Source of the DNA: Octopus vulgaris
Lineage: Eukaryota
DNA length: 64,000 nucleotides
Reading direction: 5' to 3'
Assembly (NCBI GenBank): GCA_951406725.2
Contig: OX597825.1
Coordinates: forward strand, 61,318,001 to 61,382,000
Part shown: positions 15,168 through 29,982 of the stretch, piece after piece
Position numbering within the stretch: the first letter of the stretch is position 1
How the letters are laid out: each line of letters opens with the position of its first letter
The notes under the pieces: model-generated
Databases searched by the model: none
What the model was told of the DNA's origin: nothing
Seen by the model: the letters and a program-made list of their open reading frames with translations, nothing else
Made by a program: the position numbers and the translations under genes

Positions 15168-15714
15168 TACATTCTTGATATTTAAACTTTGTGTTATTAC
15201 AGTCATATGTATATTTATATATGAATGCTATGAATATTACAGTGCAGTGTCATGAAGATGCTACCAAGAAAATGTCTTTTTTTCATTTTTCTCTTTCATT
15301 ACACATTATTATGAGTTGAAAGCATAGTCATATAAAATATTCCATCTCCAAGTATAGTTCCTTCCATTTTATTTTTTACCATTTTCATGATATAAAAATT
15401 TAAAAAAAATTTCCTCATAGTTTTTTTATATACTTTTGTTTATTTTAAAATAAAATATTACAGTTACCAAAAAATACAAAACAATAATAAGATGAAACCA
15501 AATTGATATTTTTTGGTATGCAAAAAAGAAAAAAAAGTGCTTTCTAAAATATCAGAAGTGTGTATATTTTACATTTAGCTTAATATACAGACTGTTTCTT
15601 TATGACAAAGTTATGGCAATGTGAAAGATGTCTTTTAAATAAATGCACACCACAATATGAGATATGTGTTTGTGGTTAAATAAATGTTGCTAGTATGGCG
15701 GATTTATCAGTCGT

Positions 15715-15891
15715 TCATCATCAGCATCATCAGTATTGTCATCACTATCATCATCATTATCATGATCGTTGTTGTCATCTTTGTCATCATCATCATCGTC
15801 GTCATCATCATCATCATTGTCATTGTCATTGTTGTTCTCTTCATCATCACTGTTGCTATCATCATCATCATCATCATCATCATCGTCATTG

Positions 15892-15925
<34 letters not shown>

Positions 15926-16400
15926 TGTCATCATTATCATTCTCATTGTCATTGTCATCATCATCATTGTTGTGATCATCATCATCTCTTCATCCTTTTC
16001 GTTGTCATCATCATCATCATCACCATCATCATCATTTTCATCGTCATCGTCCTCATCATTATCATCACCATCATCATTGTCATCTTCATCATCATCATCC
16101 TCGTCATCATTGTCATTGTTTTCATCATCATCATCATCGTCATTATCATCATCATCATCATTATCATTGTCATCGTCATCATTATCATTCTCATTGCCAT
16201 TGTCATCATCATCATTGTTGTGATCATCATCATCATCTCTTCATCATTGTCGTTGTCATCTTCATCATCATCATCATCACCATCATCATTGTCATTGTCA
16301 TCGTCCTCATCATCATTGTCATCAGCATCATCATTATCATCATCATCATCAGCATCATCATTATCATTGTTATCATTGTCCTCCTCATCATCATCATTGT
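15715..16400. repeat. Long imperfect (CAT)n trinucleotide array
   Basis: Direct reading; source of the poly-H/S/I/M/D ORFs. Confidence 0.95.
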
Positions 16401-16665
16401 ACACACACAGACACACACGTGTGTGTATGTGTGTGTGCATATATATAATTGCATACACACACATATTCACTATGAAATTACTCCCTTAATTTCTTTATTG
16501 CCCACAAGGAGCTAAACATAGAGGGGACAAAATAATTTCACTTACTTATGATTAGATTTTATTAAATTTTCATTAGATAAAAATAATTTCTGCTTAACAG
16601 GTATCACATTGAAAGCTACTAAATTACGAAATTGTTGTGTTATTTGTAATACACTTTATTTTACA

Positions 16666-17044
16666 TTAGCAGTATCGCCCGGCGTTGCTCAGGTTTGTAA
16701 GGGAAATAACTATAAAGCATTTTTAGAGAGTTATAGCCAAAAAATAGCAAAAAAATGGAAAAATATGATGGTAAATTTTTTTTTGAGAGTTAAAAAGGAT
16801 GCGTCCCCTAGACAGTTTGTGGTTCGTGTTTCTGATTTTCGACCCCATGTCGAATTTATCGATTTTTTTCAGAATTGGGGGAACTTTTCAAAATTTTGGC
16901 TGCGTTAGTTTTGAATTATGACATTGGGCTATATGTGTGTCAAGTTTCATCAGAATCGGTTGAAAGCCGTGGTCAGGGTGAGGGTACAAGCAAACAGACA
17001 CACAGAAACACGCACAGACAAACTGCCGTTTATATATAGAGAGA
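16666..17044 (-). mobile_element. Non-autonomous Helitron
   Basis: Minus strand starts a|TCtctctatatataaac and ends aacgccgggcgatactgCTAA|t; its 3' ~90 bp match 6700-6791. Confidence 0.85.
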
Positions 17045-17386
17045 TTTCTTGTCTACAAGAGATTATTCCAATCTTTAGCATATTCCTGTATGTCTTCTCA
17101 AATCATGATCACAGGAAAAGTTGTTAATAAGAACTGCCAACAAAAACAAAGCTGATAAATACGCACAGGTGTTGCAAATTAAGTTTAACTACCAATAAAC
17201 ATCAGCTTGGGTGACACTTTATTCAACTGACAGAGAAAGGTGACCGATCAAACTAATTATGTAACAGAATTCTTTTCTGCTTATTCTTGTTGGAACCTTT
17301 GATACGGAGTATCGAAATTTTAATCCTTTTCACACTTATAAAATGTCAAGCAAACTTAAAAATTTGCCATTACCATTGTTGTCAGT

Positions 17387-17562
17387 ATGGGCAGAACTTA
17401 TGAATCGTTTACTGCGAAGGAGAAAGTAAATATGTTGAATATGCATTTGAACATGGAAATAGAGCTACCGGAAGGCATTTTAATGCTAATGAAGCCAATA
17501 TTCAAAATTGGTGTAAATAGTATGACAACCTTAAAACTGTGCCTAGTAACAAACAAGCAAAA
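17387..17562 (+). pseudogene. Relic of a pogo-family transposase N-terminus (Brinker-type HTH, POGK-like)
   Basis: With one frameshift reads MGRTYESFTAKEKV/VEYAFEHGNRATGRHFNANEANIQNWCK*, matching the pattern K..VEYAE.HGNRAA.R.F...E..I..W.K. Confidence 0.7.
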
Positions 17563-19155
17563 ATAAAAACATACAATGAAGATTATCCATATCATTACAT
17601 TCTTTTCAGTAAGGGCTATCCATATCACTATGTATGTCAATGGTGATCCATTGCGATAGGTAGAAACTCCAAGCAATGTAAAATATGGCCCAGGCTGTGT
17701 TTACCAGCATGAACGTCTGACTTCAAGAAGTAGTTAACCAGTTAATAGTTTTAATAAATTTATACAGAAAAAGTAAGCATATATAAAAGCCCAGCATATA
17801 TAAAAGTCAACTTCATTATATATATCTAAGCCATTATTTTTTCTGCTAAAACCTATTCTGTCATTAAATGAATCAACTTCTGGGTCAAATGTTTACATTT
17901 TGTATGTCATTTTACAACAAAAAAGAATTAAAAAAAAATTCTTGAAACGGTCCACTCATATAATTTATGCACTCCCTAATGTTTATTTTCATTTTTGCAA
18001 AAATAGAGTGTAAATTACATGGGTTTTTGCGGTAATTTTTTAGAGTTAGAACCACTAACAAACTGTCTACCTTCACAACAATATTCAAAATTTCATGAAA
18101 CTTGACATCAAAAATATTTGATTCTCTTTGATATGCCTTCAAAATGAAGCAGAAAAACAAGAATTTTATATTCATCAAATATAAAAGATTGTTTTTGCAA
18201 TTCTTTGTCATATGAAAGATCTAACCTTTTAAATCCTTCAACTCTCAAATAAAGAACTCTCATTAAGTAGTGTAAAGAGTTCCCAATTCCACTTAGATTA
18301 CAGATTGGCATATGTTGCTATAAGTGGAGATATCACTTCCTAGTTTACTTGGAATACCATTTTAGCAAATTTCACTCACCTTAGAACTGTTTATACAAAC
18401 TACTGTGTACACCTTACTTTTGTGATCTTAAAACTGCAATTAAAATCTTTAACTTCACAGTTGAGTTGATATGAAACAAATAGCATTGTAAAATGACTGA
18501 TTAAATAAATTTACTTAATGCCAAAAATTTAGAGCTCAATTCTCATCATATTAGGTGAATTAATCAATAATCGAAAACTGAACAAGTGCATGCCTATGCA
18601 ATTCTGTAAAGTTGATACCAAATTCATTGCTCTTGTCATTAAGATTATTGTTATTGTATTGCATTCAAATACAATGAAACGTTAATGTAAGCATCAGAAA
18701 ATCTTTTGTCATAGCCTTATGGTTCACAAATCCAATTTCATTGATGGTTCACTTACATTTCTATCCTAGCTGGCACGAAGAATAAATTGTACTTAATAAC
18801 TGGTCATAACAACTATTCACTAAAATACACCACAAAGTGATTCTTATCAGTTTAACATTTATTTAGCTACTTTGATGTGAGTTTATTTTTAGATGATGCC
18901 AGATATGATTCAATGATCTATTCATATTATATTACCAATGGCTTATATTTACTTACTGTCATGAAGAATAGAATATTATATAGATATATATGTTTGTGTA
19001 TGTATATATATATATATATATATATATACATGCATATACATATTTGTACATACCTACCTACCTACCTACCTACCTACCTACCTACATACATACATACCAA
19101 CCTACCTACGTACCTACATGCCTATATCTATCTATCTGTCTGTCTATCTGTCTGC

Positions 19156-19219
<64 letters not shown>

Positions 19220-20149
19220 ATATATATATATATATATATCTATATATATATATATATATACACACATGTATACTTGCTTTTTCACTCAAACATTAGCGAT
19301 ACATATCCCCCTCTCCCTCTGTATTAGAATCAATGTGTATCTAGTCTCTCTCTTCCCCTTTCTCTCTCATGCCTACTTACTCCTCTCTCCTATCTCCATC
19401 TACCCACACCTGCAACCCAATCGCCCATTGTTACATGCCCATCCTCTCCCCTGCATACCTACCCTTCCCTTATCTCTGCTTCCCTCTCAGTATCCTCACT
19501 GCCCCCATTTCTCTCTCAACTTCTCTGTCCCCTCACATCCTCCCCCGTCATCCCCTTTGGTCTCTTCCCCTCACCTACCCAACTTATTCCCACTCCCCTT
19601 CCGCTCATTCTCCCATCACATTTCTGCTCTCTCTATATTTGCACTCAAAAAACCACAGCCACACAGCACAAGGAAGATGACAAAAAACTGGAAGTCTACA
19701 GAGATAGGATTGTGTTTACATGCCTGGAAAATTGCTCAGATCCGATTTTCCAGACCACTGTTCCTGGATTTCATTTAACTAAAGCATTCAACTCATCATG
19801 CTGGACAACTCATTTTGGTCTCCATCTTGGTTCACCTTGTTTCACATTTATGTGTTTACTATTGCATATATTAGTTGATTGCACTTGGAAATAAAGCTGG
19901 AAAATGCAATGATTGTTGCTTATGACAGGACCCTGTGGAAGAAGTACCCAAGGGCTTTATCCCTATGACCCTCCCTGGAATATTGGTACCTCTGTAATTA
20001 TTTCTATCTAAGGCATCACCTTTACCTTATCTGTATGTATGTGTATGTGTATATATATATATGTGCATAAGTATATTTGTTTGTATGTGTGTCTGTGTGT
20101 GCATATTCTAATTAGTGGATTCTTGCTTTCTTGGTGAGTTCGTACTTCT

Positions 20150-21045
20150 TTGATATCAGATCATTCTTGAGAAACCAATTGATCATATCTTTCTCAACAT
20201 CCTTCAATTATATTTTACCAAACTCCTCTGCATCTGCTACAATATCAATTTTAGATAAATAAATAAATATAACACATTATGTATTTTTTTTTCCCTTTGC
20301 TATTGTCATTACTTTCTGCTCACAGACTAATGTATCTTTGTCAAAAAAATACAGAATAAAATCATTTATTTGATCTTCTTGCTTGGAAAGCTGTGAAGTT
20401 ACTTTGTTTTTAAATAATACCATAATAATTGGTCAATGTTTTTTAAAACCAACATCGTCTCGTATTTTGATAGATGCTAGAAATTTGATTTAGTGTTGTA
20501 AACATCGCTTGTATTAAGTATTACAGCTCTTAATTTCTTTGATATGATATCTCTCCAACAGAATGATGGTTAATTGTACAGGTTTGATCTTCTACAGAGA
20601 AAATATAATGTTGTTGCTTGTATGAAAAGAATCCTCTTCAACTGTCACTTTTAGTAAATGCAAGCACCCATTCAAATAGTCTTTGTTAGATAGAAGTAGC
20701 AGAAAATAATGGAAATAAAATTGTATTTCATATAAAATTTCACTATAGATTCTGCTATTAAATATAATGTATAATCTAGCTGTAATTTGTTAATTTGTGC
20801 CTACCTTTCCCCTTGTAGTGGTGCTTCTCTTGATACATAAAGAGTCTCACATTCTTCAAACTAATAATGCAGGCTTTTAATAAAACATCTTCAATGTTAG
20901 ACTTCTAAAATCTCTTTCTATCACATTCTAAAGAAAAATCTAAACATATTCAGAATTCACAGTGCTGTCAGTTTCATTGTTTTGAGGACAATGTTGAAAG
21001 ATTAAAAATAAAGTATTTCTTGATCTTGCTTACTATTTCCTCTTT
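20150..21045 (-). mobile_element. Possible highly decayed DNA transposase (hAT-like) relic
   Basis: Non-repetitive, purine-rich on minus strand with broken reading frames; only weak resemblance to GTF2IRD2/ZBED5-type transposases. Confidence 0.2.
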
Positions 21046-21934
21046 AGTTTACCCACATCCCCCCTCCTCCCCTTCCTCCTCTCCTTCTCCTCTCACTATC
21101 TCTCCCCTCCCCTTCTCCCCTTCTCCCCCTCCTCCTCATCCACTTTTCCATGCTTGTATGGATCAGACAGAATTTATTGAGGCAGATTTTCACACACACA
21201 CACACACACACACAAATGATAAGCTTCTTTCAGTTTCCATCTATCAAATCCACTCATGGAGCACACAACCATGCCTACACCATGCCTAAAAGGAAGTTGA
21301 CCACAACCAGGTATTCTCTAAAGAATATTATTGCATAATGTTTCAAGTCTTGTTGGCCTTTATAAATATAGTCTTTCAGTCAAACAGAATTCAACCAACC
21401 CATATAGTATTATACAGCTTTAAACCTGCAACGATACTTAATAATGCTTCATTCTTAGTTGTAAGACTCTTTCAGCAATCTATTGTTCTAGATCTATTTA
21501 CCTCACATAGTTTTATTTCAAAAATGTCTAAACACAATTACTTGTTTAATTTCTAAGAGAATCATCGAGGGATGTGGACCCAAAGGCATTGTTTACACAA
21601 ACTTCTGTTGAAGCTTATGTAAACAATGTTTTATATTTGACAAAGAGCACGTTTGCTTGTCTGCACAAGTAAACATCCACTGGTAGTTATTCTATAACAA
21701 ATAGAATATGGAAATACCAGTAGACACAACTGAAGAAATGTCATTGACAGGTCATAAGGACACTGAAATGCATCTGGTATCCTTGCTAACCACTGCCAAA
21801 ATGATTTTTGTCTCTTCAGAAAATACTTTTTCTGAGGGCAATTTGCTGTCTTCGTGGTACAGCTTTTGTACTTTTGAAGAACAGTTAACTGCCATATCTG
21901 CTATTATAAGTGGCATTTGCCCGAGAAAAAAAAA

Positions 21935-22170
21935 GGGTGGCGAGCTGGCAGAAACGTTAGCATGCCAGGTGAAATGCTTAGCAGCATTTCATCTGCCACT
22001 ACATTCTGAGTTCAAATTCCGCCAAGGTCGACTTTGCCTTTCATCGTTTCAGGGTTGATTAAATAAGTATCAGTTATGCACTGGGGTCGATATAATCAAC
22101 TTAATCCATTTATTTGTCCTTCTTTGTCCCCTCTGTATGTAACCCCTTGTGGGCAGTAAAGAAATAAGAA
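21935..22170 (+). mobile_element. SINE family B
   Basis: Colinear with 49957-50183 and with the reverse complement of 5988-6220. Confidence 0.9.
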
Positions 22171-22799
22171 AATACTTTTTTTGACACTGAACATCTAGAA
22201 GCGATTTTATCTCAGATTAAATCTGCAGTACCATCCTGTCAATTGTATATAAATGTTAAATGTGATACAGAGGGGAATATTTTAGTTTGATACTATTTCA
22301 ATTGCATACAGAGATTTTATTCAGCCTGACAGCTATTTGCAACATCAATGAATGTGTATTGCTTACTGTTTCCTATATACTGGAGGTAACAGATTTTTTT
22401 ATAATCATGTGGCTGCAAGTACACATTGACAAAGCCCAAGAAAGCCAAAGTGATTCAAGTATTCTTGCTAGCTGCTGTTGAGATAATTGTTCATTTCCCT
22501 CTGATACATATTATGTTTTTAACAAAACATCTATAACTGCCTGTCAGTGGTGTATCAACATTGAGTTTGGTATATTAATGGACATTTTAAAAATAATTGT
22601 CGGTTGAACAGCACCCAGACTACACATAGAGGTGCTGGAGGTTTGATTAATTATGATCATGTGTTATAGTCTTTTTTCATCTACTTTATGAGGACTGTCA
22701 TCTTGTGAGATTAGAACTTACCGACTTACCCGCATCTTTACATTTCATCATCTCCATGATTCTGCTATTTGATATGCAATATTCTTCAACTTGCTCAAA

Positions 22800-23440
22800 A
22801 GGGTCAGAACAGGTCAGATATGGGGGTATAAGTTGTGGGAGCACATTGCTGCATTAACCCTATGACAATATCTACTGAGGTTGTCCTGCCAATCCTCTGG
22901 TCAGTGTACTAGTCAGTTCCCAACTCTGAAATGCTTTCTCATCTACTGAGACCATGAGGCATGTGGCTGACCATCATGAGCCATCACTGCAGCTGGATCC
23001 TCAGGGAAGAGAACACAGTATGCAGGGTTCACCTTAGAATATCAAGCAACATGACCGAACAGATTAAGCTGACACTTCTGAATCATACAAGTAAAAGGAT
23101 GCATTCTAGTTTCTAAGTATAGTAGTTGGTTGGATACAGAATCTGACCAATGGTAGCCCATAATCCCGCAAAGCATCTTGGTACCAAATGAGTTCAGGTG
23201 GCCTCTAAGGGCTCCAGACAGATTCTAAGTCTCACAATTGTAGAGCAAGACAGTGAGGACCAGAGACCTGGAAACCCAAACCTTTGTCTTCCTGTTCAGT
23301 TATTGACAGTGTCAAATACCCTTGTCCAGTGAGTCTACAATTGCACCAGCATTCCCAAATCTTTTTAAGACTTGCAGCTAATACTGCTATGGATCATGTA
23401 GCTCAGATAAGAGAAGCGGTGTAAAACTTCAGCAGCTACA
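22800..23440 (-). mobile_element. RTE-clade LINE 3' part (second family, Expander/Rex3-like), decayed
   Basis: Minus strand translates to EVLHRFSYLS...LNRKTKVWVSRSLVLTVLLYNCET*...IMGYHWSDSVSN...QLNLFGHVA, the typical post-RT RTE region; ends in ctgacc repeats. Confidence 0.85.
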
Positions 23441-23548
23441 CAATGAGGGAAAGCATAATATTACACTAATTTACGTATCTGGATCACAACTTCGATAACA
23501 ACAGTGAGGTGTACCTTGACAGAAATTATGAGGAAATAAGAATGAGAT

Positions 23549-23849
23549 ATCATCATCATCATCATCATCATCGTTTAGCGTCTGCTTTCCATGCTGGCAT
23601 GGGTTGGATGGTGCAACTGGGGTCTGGGAAGCCAGAAGGCTGCACCAGGCCCAGTCTGATCTGGCAATGTTTCTACGGCTGGATGCCCTTCCTAATGCCA
23701 ACCACTCCATGAGTGTAGTGGGTGCTTTTTACATGCCACCGGCACAGGTGCCAGACGAGGCTGGCAAACGGCCACGGTCGGATGGTGCTTTTTACGTATC
23801 ACCGGCATGGAGGCCAGGCGAGGCTGGCAAATGGCCACGTACTGGCAAA
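23549..23849 (-). mobile_element. RTE LINE 3' end
   Basis: Reverse complement of the 34800-35133 sequence with (CAT)n at the left and (TA)n at the right. Confidence 0.85.
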
Positions 23850-24236
23850 TATATATATATATATATATATATGCATATATATATATATATATTTATATAT
23901 GCATATATATAATAATTTATAATTGGTTTTTGATTCTATTTTGACTCTATCTAGTTTTTTAAATTGTATCATTGAAATGAAGAAACTCATCCATAGAACA
24001 GTTTATATTTTATGTTCTTCTTGTTTTAGTCTTTGGACTGTAGCCATGCTGGAGCACCTCCTTGAGGGGTTTTGTCAAACAAAGTGTCATCAATACTTAT
24101 TTTTTAAAAATCTTGACTCTTATTCTATTGGTCATTTTTTGCCAAACTGCTAAATTACAGAGATGTAAATAAACCAACACTAGTTGTAACACTGTGGTGG
24201 GAAACAATCATAAAAACATATTCATATACATATATA

Positions 24237-24852
24237 TCTATATATATATATAAAGCTGAAGTCTGTGTGTGTGTGTGTGTGTGTGTGGTAGGTTTGGTAG
24301 CCTTCAACTAACACTATCTTCTCTGAGACCCTGCTGCACAAGTTGACCAAAATTGAGAATATGATAGAAGGCTTGCTCTTCATTCTCTAGAAGAAAAAAT
24401 TCAAATTGAACAATGTTAAGACCAAAAACTGTTTACATCAAAAAGGTGCTTTTTTTCCATGAAAATCCCTAATTTTTATGATTTTTTTTCTACTGTGTCA
24501 CCATTTTCTGGTGTATTTCAACCAGAAAAATGTTCACTTAAAGAGAATAACAAGCTACATAATACAAAATTTTTACTTTTCAAAAATTCCAATTCTAAAG
24601 GGTCGAAAAGAATTTTTTTGTGATGTCATTGGTTTTGAGTGAATAACGGATCAGCTGATCCAATACAGAGGAGTAATGTTCGCTGTGTGAATGCACTAAT
24701 TTTCAAGGTCATCAACTGCTACAGCGTTGAATACAATTCAGCAATTTCAATCGATTTTTTGTGAGAAAAACTAATTGCCTTAGTGTAAGACAGAACGAAT
24801 GAACAAAGCGCAACTAAAAACAAACCCGAGCAATGCCGGGCTATACTGCTAG
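24237..24852 (+). mobile_element. Non-autonomous Helitron
   Basis: a|TCtatatatataaag start, cccgagcaatgccggg hairpin, CTAG|t end. Confidence 0.85.
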
Positions 24853-25643
24853 TATATATATATATATATGTGTGTGTGTATGTGTGCCCATATGTGATGA
24901 GCTTCTTTCAGTTTTCACCTATTAAATCCATTCACTAGGCTTTGGTCAACCCAAGGCACAGACACCACAAGGTACTTTGCAGTAGGGCTGAATCCAAGGC
25001 CAAGTGGCTAGGAAACAAGCTTCTTATCACACAGTCACTCATGCATGTAGAATAATATTTTTTATCATGAAATTATACATGTATTAATATAGCTACGAAT
25101 ATCCTTTGTTGCATGTGGACAAATAAATTATTCAAGGGGTGCATGCAGAACAGTGAAAATTCAAACAATAATGTATCTATTCATTGTTAATACTTTCTGG
25201 CAGATATCAATGTGAAAAATCTGATCGTTGTTGTTGATCATCAACAGTGAACAGATATTCATGCTTAAATCTGCCAGAACATATTAAAATTGAATACAAG
25301 CAAATAAATTAATTTGCTAATAAATTTTTGAAGAAAATTGGGGAGTCATCACAAATTGGAAAAAAAACTAAAAAAAAAAAAAATTAATTATTCAGTTTTA
25401 AATATTATTTGATTTATACATTTTGAAATTCTAATCTCAAAACATATTAACTTTCATCTTGAAACAATGATGATGATGATGATGATGATGATGATGTCGA
25501 TGTTGATGACAACAATGCTGATGATAATGATGATGATTATGATCAAGTCTATCAAAGTGATCATGATGATCATAATCATCATCATCATTGGCATGACGAT
25601 GACAACGATGATGACTGATGCTGATGACAACAGCAGTGACAAT

Positions 25644-26078
25644 GGAGGCACAAGGACCCAGTGGTTAGGGCAGCGGACTCGTGGTCGTAAGAATGCAGTT
25701 TTTCAATTTCCCGAACCAGGCATTTTGAATGTTTACTGAGCAAAAACACCCTGATGTACTCTTTCACCACAACTTTCTCTCACTTTCTCTCCCTACTTCT
25801 GCCACAAAGCAGAGGAACCATGATGTAACCCACTATGGTGTGGTAAACTTTCAGACCCTAGTATAGATTGCGAATCCTCTGTATCTCAGGATGGTTCAGC
25901 TCTCCACCCATTAAAAGCCACCGTTTACGGAATGAGGATAACAACATAGCTTTCATGCCTGTGCAACCGCCAGTCTATGGCGTGTGGTGGGTGGATCTTT
26001 AAGTTGCTGCACACATTCTTAGTAGCTTAGGCTCTACTTAGAGATTATTCTTTGTGGCTAATGGCGTGAGTCTTGACT
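25644..26078 (+). mobile_element. tRNA-headed element related to SINE family C, ending at an (AAG)n array
   Basis: ggaggcacaaggacccagtggttagggcagcggactc head resembles 37837 onward; the body beyond about 25800 is unassigned. Confidence 0.55.
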
Positions 26079-26346
26079 GGAAGAAGAAGAAGAAGACGAA
26101 GAAGAAGAAGAAGAAGAAGAAGAAGAAGAAGAAGAAGAAGAAGAAGAAGAAGAAGAAGAAGGAGGAAGAGGAGGAGGAGAAGAAGAAGAAGAAGAAGAAG
26201 AAGAAGAAGAAGAAGAAGAAGAAGAAGAAGAAGAAGAAAAAAGAGAAGAGGAAGAAGAAGAAGAAGAAGAAGAAGAAGAAGAAGAAGAAGAAGAAGAAGA
26301 AGAAGAAGAAGAAGAAGAAGAAGAAGAAAGAAGAAGAAGAAGAAGA
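26079..26346. repeat. (AAG)n microsatellite
   Basis: Direct reading; source of the poly-K/R/L ORFs. Confidence 0.95.
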
Positions 26347-27312
26347 CAGCAGCGAAAATTATGATGGTAACAGTGACAGCAACAACAACAGTGATGGTGG
26401 TAGCAATGATGATGATGATGATGGTGATCATTTTAACATTTGTTTTTCCATACTTGCATGGATCAGATGAAATTTTGATGAAATTTAATAGCTGGATGCG
26501 CTTCCTGATGTCAGTCATCACTTATTTCTAAGCAAGTTAAGTTTACTGTTGCCCTTAAAGCACCAACAGCACAACAGCAGGATATGTTTATGTTGCAAAT
26601 TGCAAGCAAAATTACCGCATGTATGGTAGTGAAGTTTGTTTACGATTAGAGTGTGATGTCAAGACAAGGAGACACAAAAACTCACACACATACATACACA
26701 AATGGCTTGGCTTTGTGATAAGAAGTTTGCTTTGCAACCATAAGGGGCTGCTTTCAGTCCAGCTCTCTAACACTTTTGACAAATGTCTTCTACAATAGCT
26801 TCAGGTCAACCAAAACATTTTGAGTGGATTTGGTAGATGGAAACTGAAAGAAGCTCATAAATACTAGGCTTAAAAACAATAAGTCCTGGGGTCAATTCAT
26901 TTTATCTTTTATCGTTTACTTGTTTCAGTAATTAGACTGTGGCCATGCTGGGGCCTTGCCTTGAAGAATTTTCAGTGGTCCTTCAGATTTTCTAAGTCCT
27001 GTAAAAATACTTGGAAGTCTGGCCCCTCCAGCCGGGCCTTTTACTATAACCTTAGAGCCAGGAACTTTTCAGCACCCCCTTGTACATAGTTTTTAAGTAA
27101 CCTTATTAACCATGCATCCATTCCTGTACATATTTACTATTTTTGTAATGTTGTGTTCACGACAAAAAGAGAACTTGTCTTATATTATTGAAGTTGGTAC
27201 TAAAATATAGTGTAGTTTATTTGATTCAAAGATATCAAAAATATTCTATATATATACATATGCATATATGTGTGTGTATGTGTGTATATGTGTGTGTGTG
27301 TATGTATGTATG

Positions 27313-27351
<39 letters not shown>

Positions 27352-27697
27352 GCATATCTGACATTATATACACTTATAAGGCTATAGCTATACATCTAAT
27401 CTTTCATTTCACTGTATTTACAAAGAAAACTTATGTTTGACAGGAAATCACTTAAAAATACTGTAAAACTGTTTGGAAAATTCTTAAAATCAGAACCATA
27501 ATTCTTGTTTCAATCACATTATTGAATCTTTGTCTATGCTGAAGTTAGATTTAGGTTGGCAATAGGTAATGTTTATATTATGGTATCAGTAAATCAAAGA
27601 TAAATATATTACATGTCTAGATTGCTGCAAAATGGTACTATATATATATATATAAAACAACATATTGCAAAAGAATGATGATGATGACGACGACGAC

Positions 27698-27762
<65 letters not shown>

Positions 27763-27835
27763 CATATTGCAACTTTTTGGGCATGTGATATATATATGTG
27801 TGAATATATATGTGTATATATATTTATGTATATCC

Positions 27836-27934
<99 letters not shown>

Positions 27935-27954
27935 GTATATATATATATATATAA

Positions 27955-28000
<46 letters not shown>

Positions 28001-28783
28001 AAATATATATATATGCATAAAATTTTCTCAAGAATGACATAGATCGATGTGTCTCATTGAAACAATAAATACCAGAAGGCATGCAACAATTCTAATGCTT
28101 TTGTTATTGCTTCTTTGCTATTTCCAGCCTTCCTATATTAGCAAATTGTCTAGACTACTGCATTTGTCTAGACACCAGCATGAAATTTTTTCTAGATTAT
28201 GCCATCAGCTGCCAAAATAGGTACTGGAACATTTCAAGCTATCTAGATCAATTTATATTTTTCAAAGATGTTTTATATTCTTGATTTAGAATTCCTAATT
28301 GCTGTCAATTACGTGATACTGAATATGGAATGACAGGAATTTTGGTAAATAAACGTACATGTACTCTAGTGTCGGGATAGAGATAATACAGAAACGTACT
28401 AGTGCACTTGCACATAGTTATTTGGTAATCATGTATTTATGTAAAGATAGTGTATACATGCATATATATATATGTATGTATATATATATTTATGTGTGTG
28501 TAAGTACATGTATGTTTGTGTTTCCTTGTCTTGACATCGCATTATATTTGTAAAATGGTTGTCATTAGCATACAGGCAGCAGTATTCATTTCCAATATTC
28601 TTTGAGAATATGTCGAGCCATATGGAAATATTTTGTTCAACCTGCTAGGAAATAGATGAGGGTTGGGAACAGGAAGGGCATAGAAAATCTGTATCTATAA
28701 ATGCTACCCAACCTATGCAAGCATGGAAAAGTGGACATTGGATTGACAACGACAGTGATGATGATGATGAAGATGACCATAAT

Positions 28784-29020
28784 TTATTTCTTTACTACCC
28801 ACAAGGGGCTAAACACAGAGAGGACAAACAAGGACAGACAAACGGATTAAGTCGATTATATCGACCCCCCAGTGCATAACTGGTACTTATTTAATCGACC
28901 CCGAAAGGATGAAAGGCAAAGTCGACCTCGACGGTATTTGAATTCAGAATGTAGCGACAGGCGAAATACCGCTGAGCATTTCGTCCAGCGCGCTAACGAT
29001 TCTGCCAGCTCGCTGCCTTA
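28784..29020 (-). mobile_element. SINE family B with perfect 14-bp TSD
   Basis: aagatgaccataat at 28770-28783 and 29021-29034. Confidence 0.92.
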
Positions 29021-29477
29021 AAGATGACCATAATCGGGATGATGATGGTGGTGGCAATGATGATGATGCTGATGAGGATGATGACAACGATTATATGATT
29101 GCAATCTTGTATGAGTGTAAATTCAATATATAAACATGCAAATGTGCTCAGTTATATATACTTAGAGATAATACATAATTATACAAGTGTGCACTTCTTC
29201 ATATTTATTTAATAGTCCTGTATGTATATAATATACACTCACATGTACTCTTGAAGGAGTATAAGGATAATATATAAACCAGGAAGTATAATACATTTAA
29301 TAATACATGTGCATACAGGTATGATACATATGCATACATGAATACATGTATGCTCATCCGTATCTGAATAATCTGATGCCAAATATGGAACTATTAGAAT
29401 GGTAAATCTATGTTTAATGCCACAGAAGCTGAACAAGCCATTTCCTTAACAGAATATATTTTAGCTAATGATTTAGT

Positions 29478-29715
29478 TATCAGATGGGCTGATCATGTGA
29501 CATAACAGCATGGCACCATATCTGTAGCTGATCTGGTCATGCTCGGATGAATTTCCATTAAAAGAGGAAGGCCATGGAGGAGGAGACCGAGCAGCCTCAG
29601 AGAATAAAAACGAGGGAAAATAGTAGAAAATATGAGATCGCTTGATGACTGAGAAAGAAAGATGGTGGATGATGTTAAATCTCATGCAGTGCAACTATGG
29701 CCTCCTTACGCTATA
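29478..29715 (+). mobile_element. Old LINE C-terminal relic
   Basis: IRWADHVT*...KRGRPWRR resembles the RWAGHV...RGRP motif of RTE-like ORF ends. Confidence 0.5.
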
Positions 29716-29982
29716 TATGTTTTGATTAATTGATTAATAAAAGAATCCCCGTGGAATCATTGTAATTCCAATTAGATATAATTTCTATCATAAACAAAAA
29801 AATTATAGTAATTTCTCTTTATTTGATTGAGATATTCAATCCTTTTATCCAGCTGCCTGAATTACAGCAAAATATTTTTCATACATAGCTGAATACTGAC
29901 CTATATTAACAATTTTTCCTTCCTTTATCTCACTAAACTTGTCTTTTACTTAACTGTTCACCAGCGTTTATTATTATCATGA

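Noticed and set aside
15684-16489. Long His/Ser/Ile/Met/Asp-rich ORFs (also 26045-26531, 36570-37262, 53781-54180)
   Set aside because: Translations of (CAT)n, (GAT)n and (AAG)n microsatellites, open in several frames on both strands
18374-18445. Minus-strand exon with strong AAG|GTGAGT donor and ttgcag acceptor
   Set aside because: All three frames contain stops; a non-coding exon cannot be supported from sequence alone
18990-19778. 262-aa ORF
   Set aside because: Runs through (TA)n, (TACC)n, (TATC)n and a C/T-rich low-complexity tract; no domain
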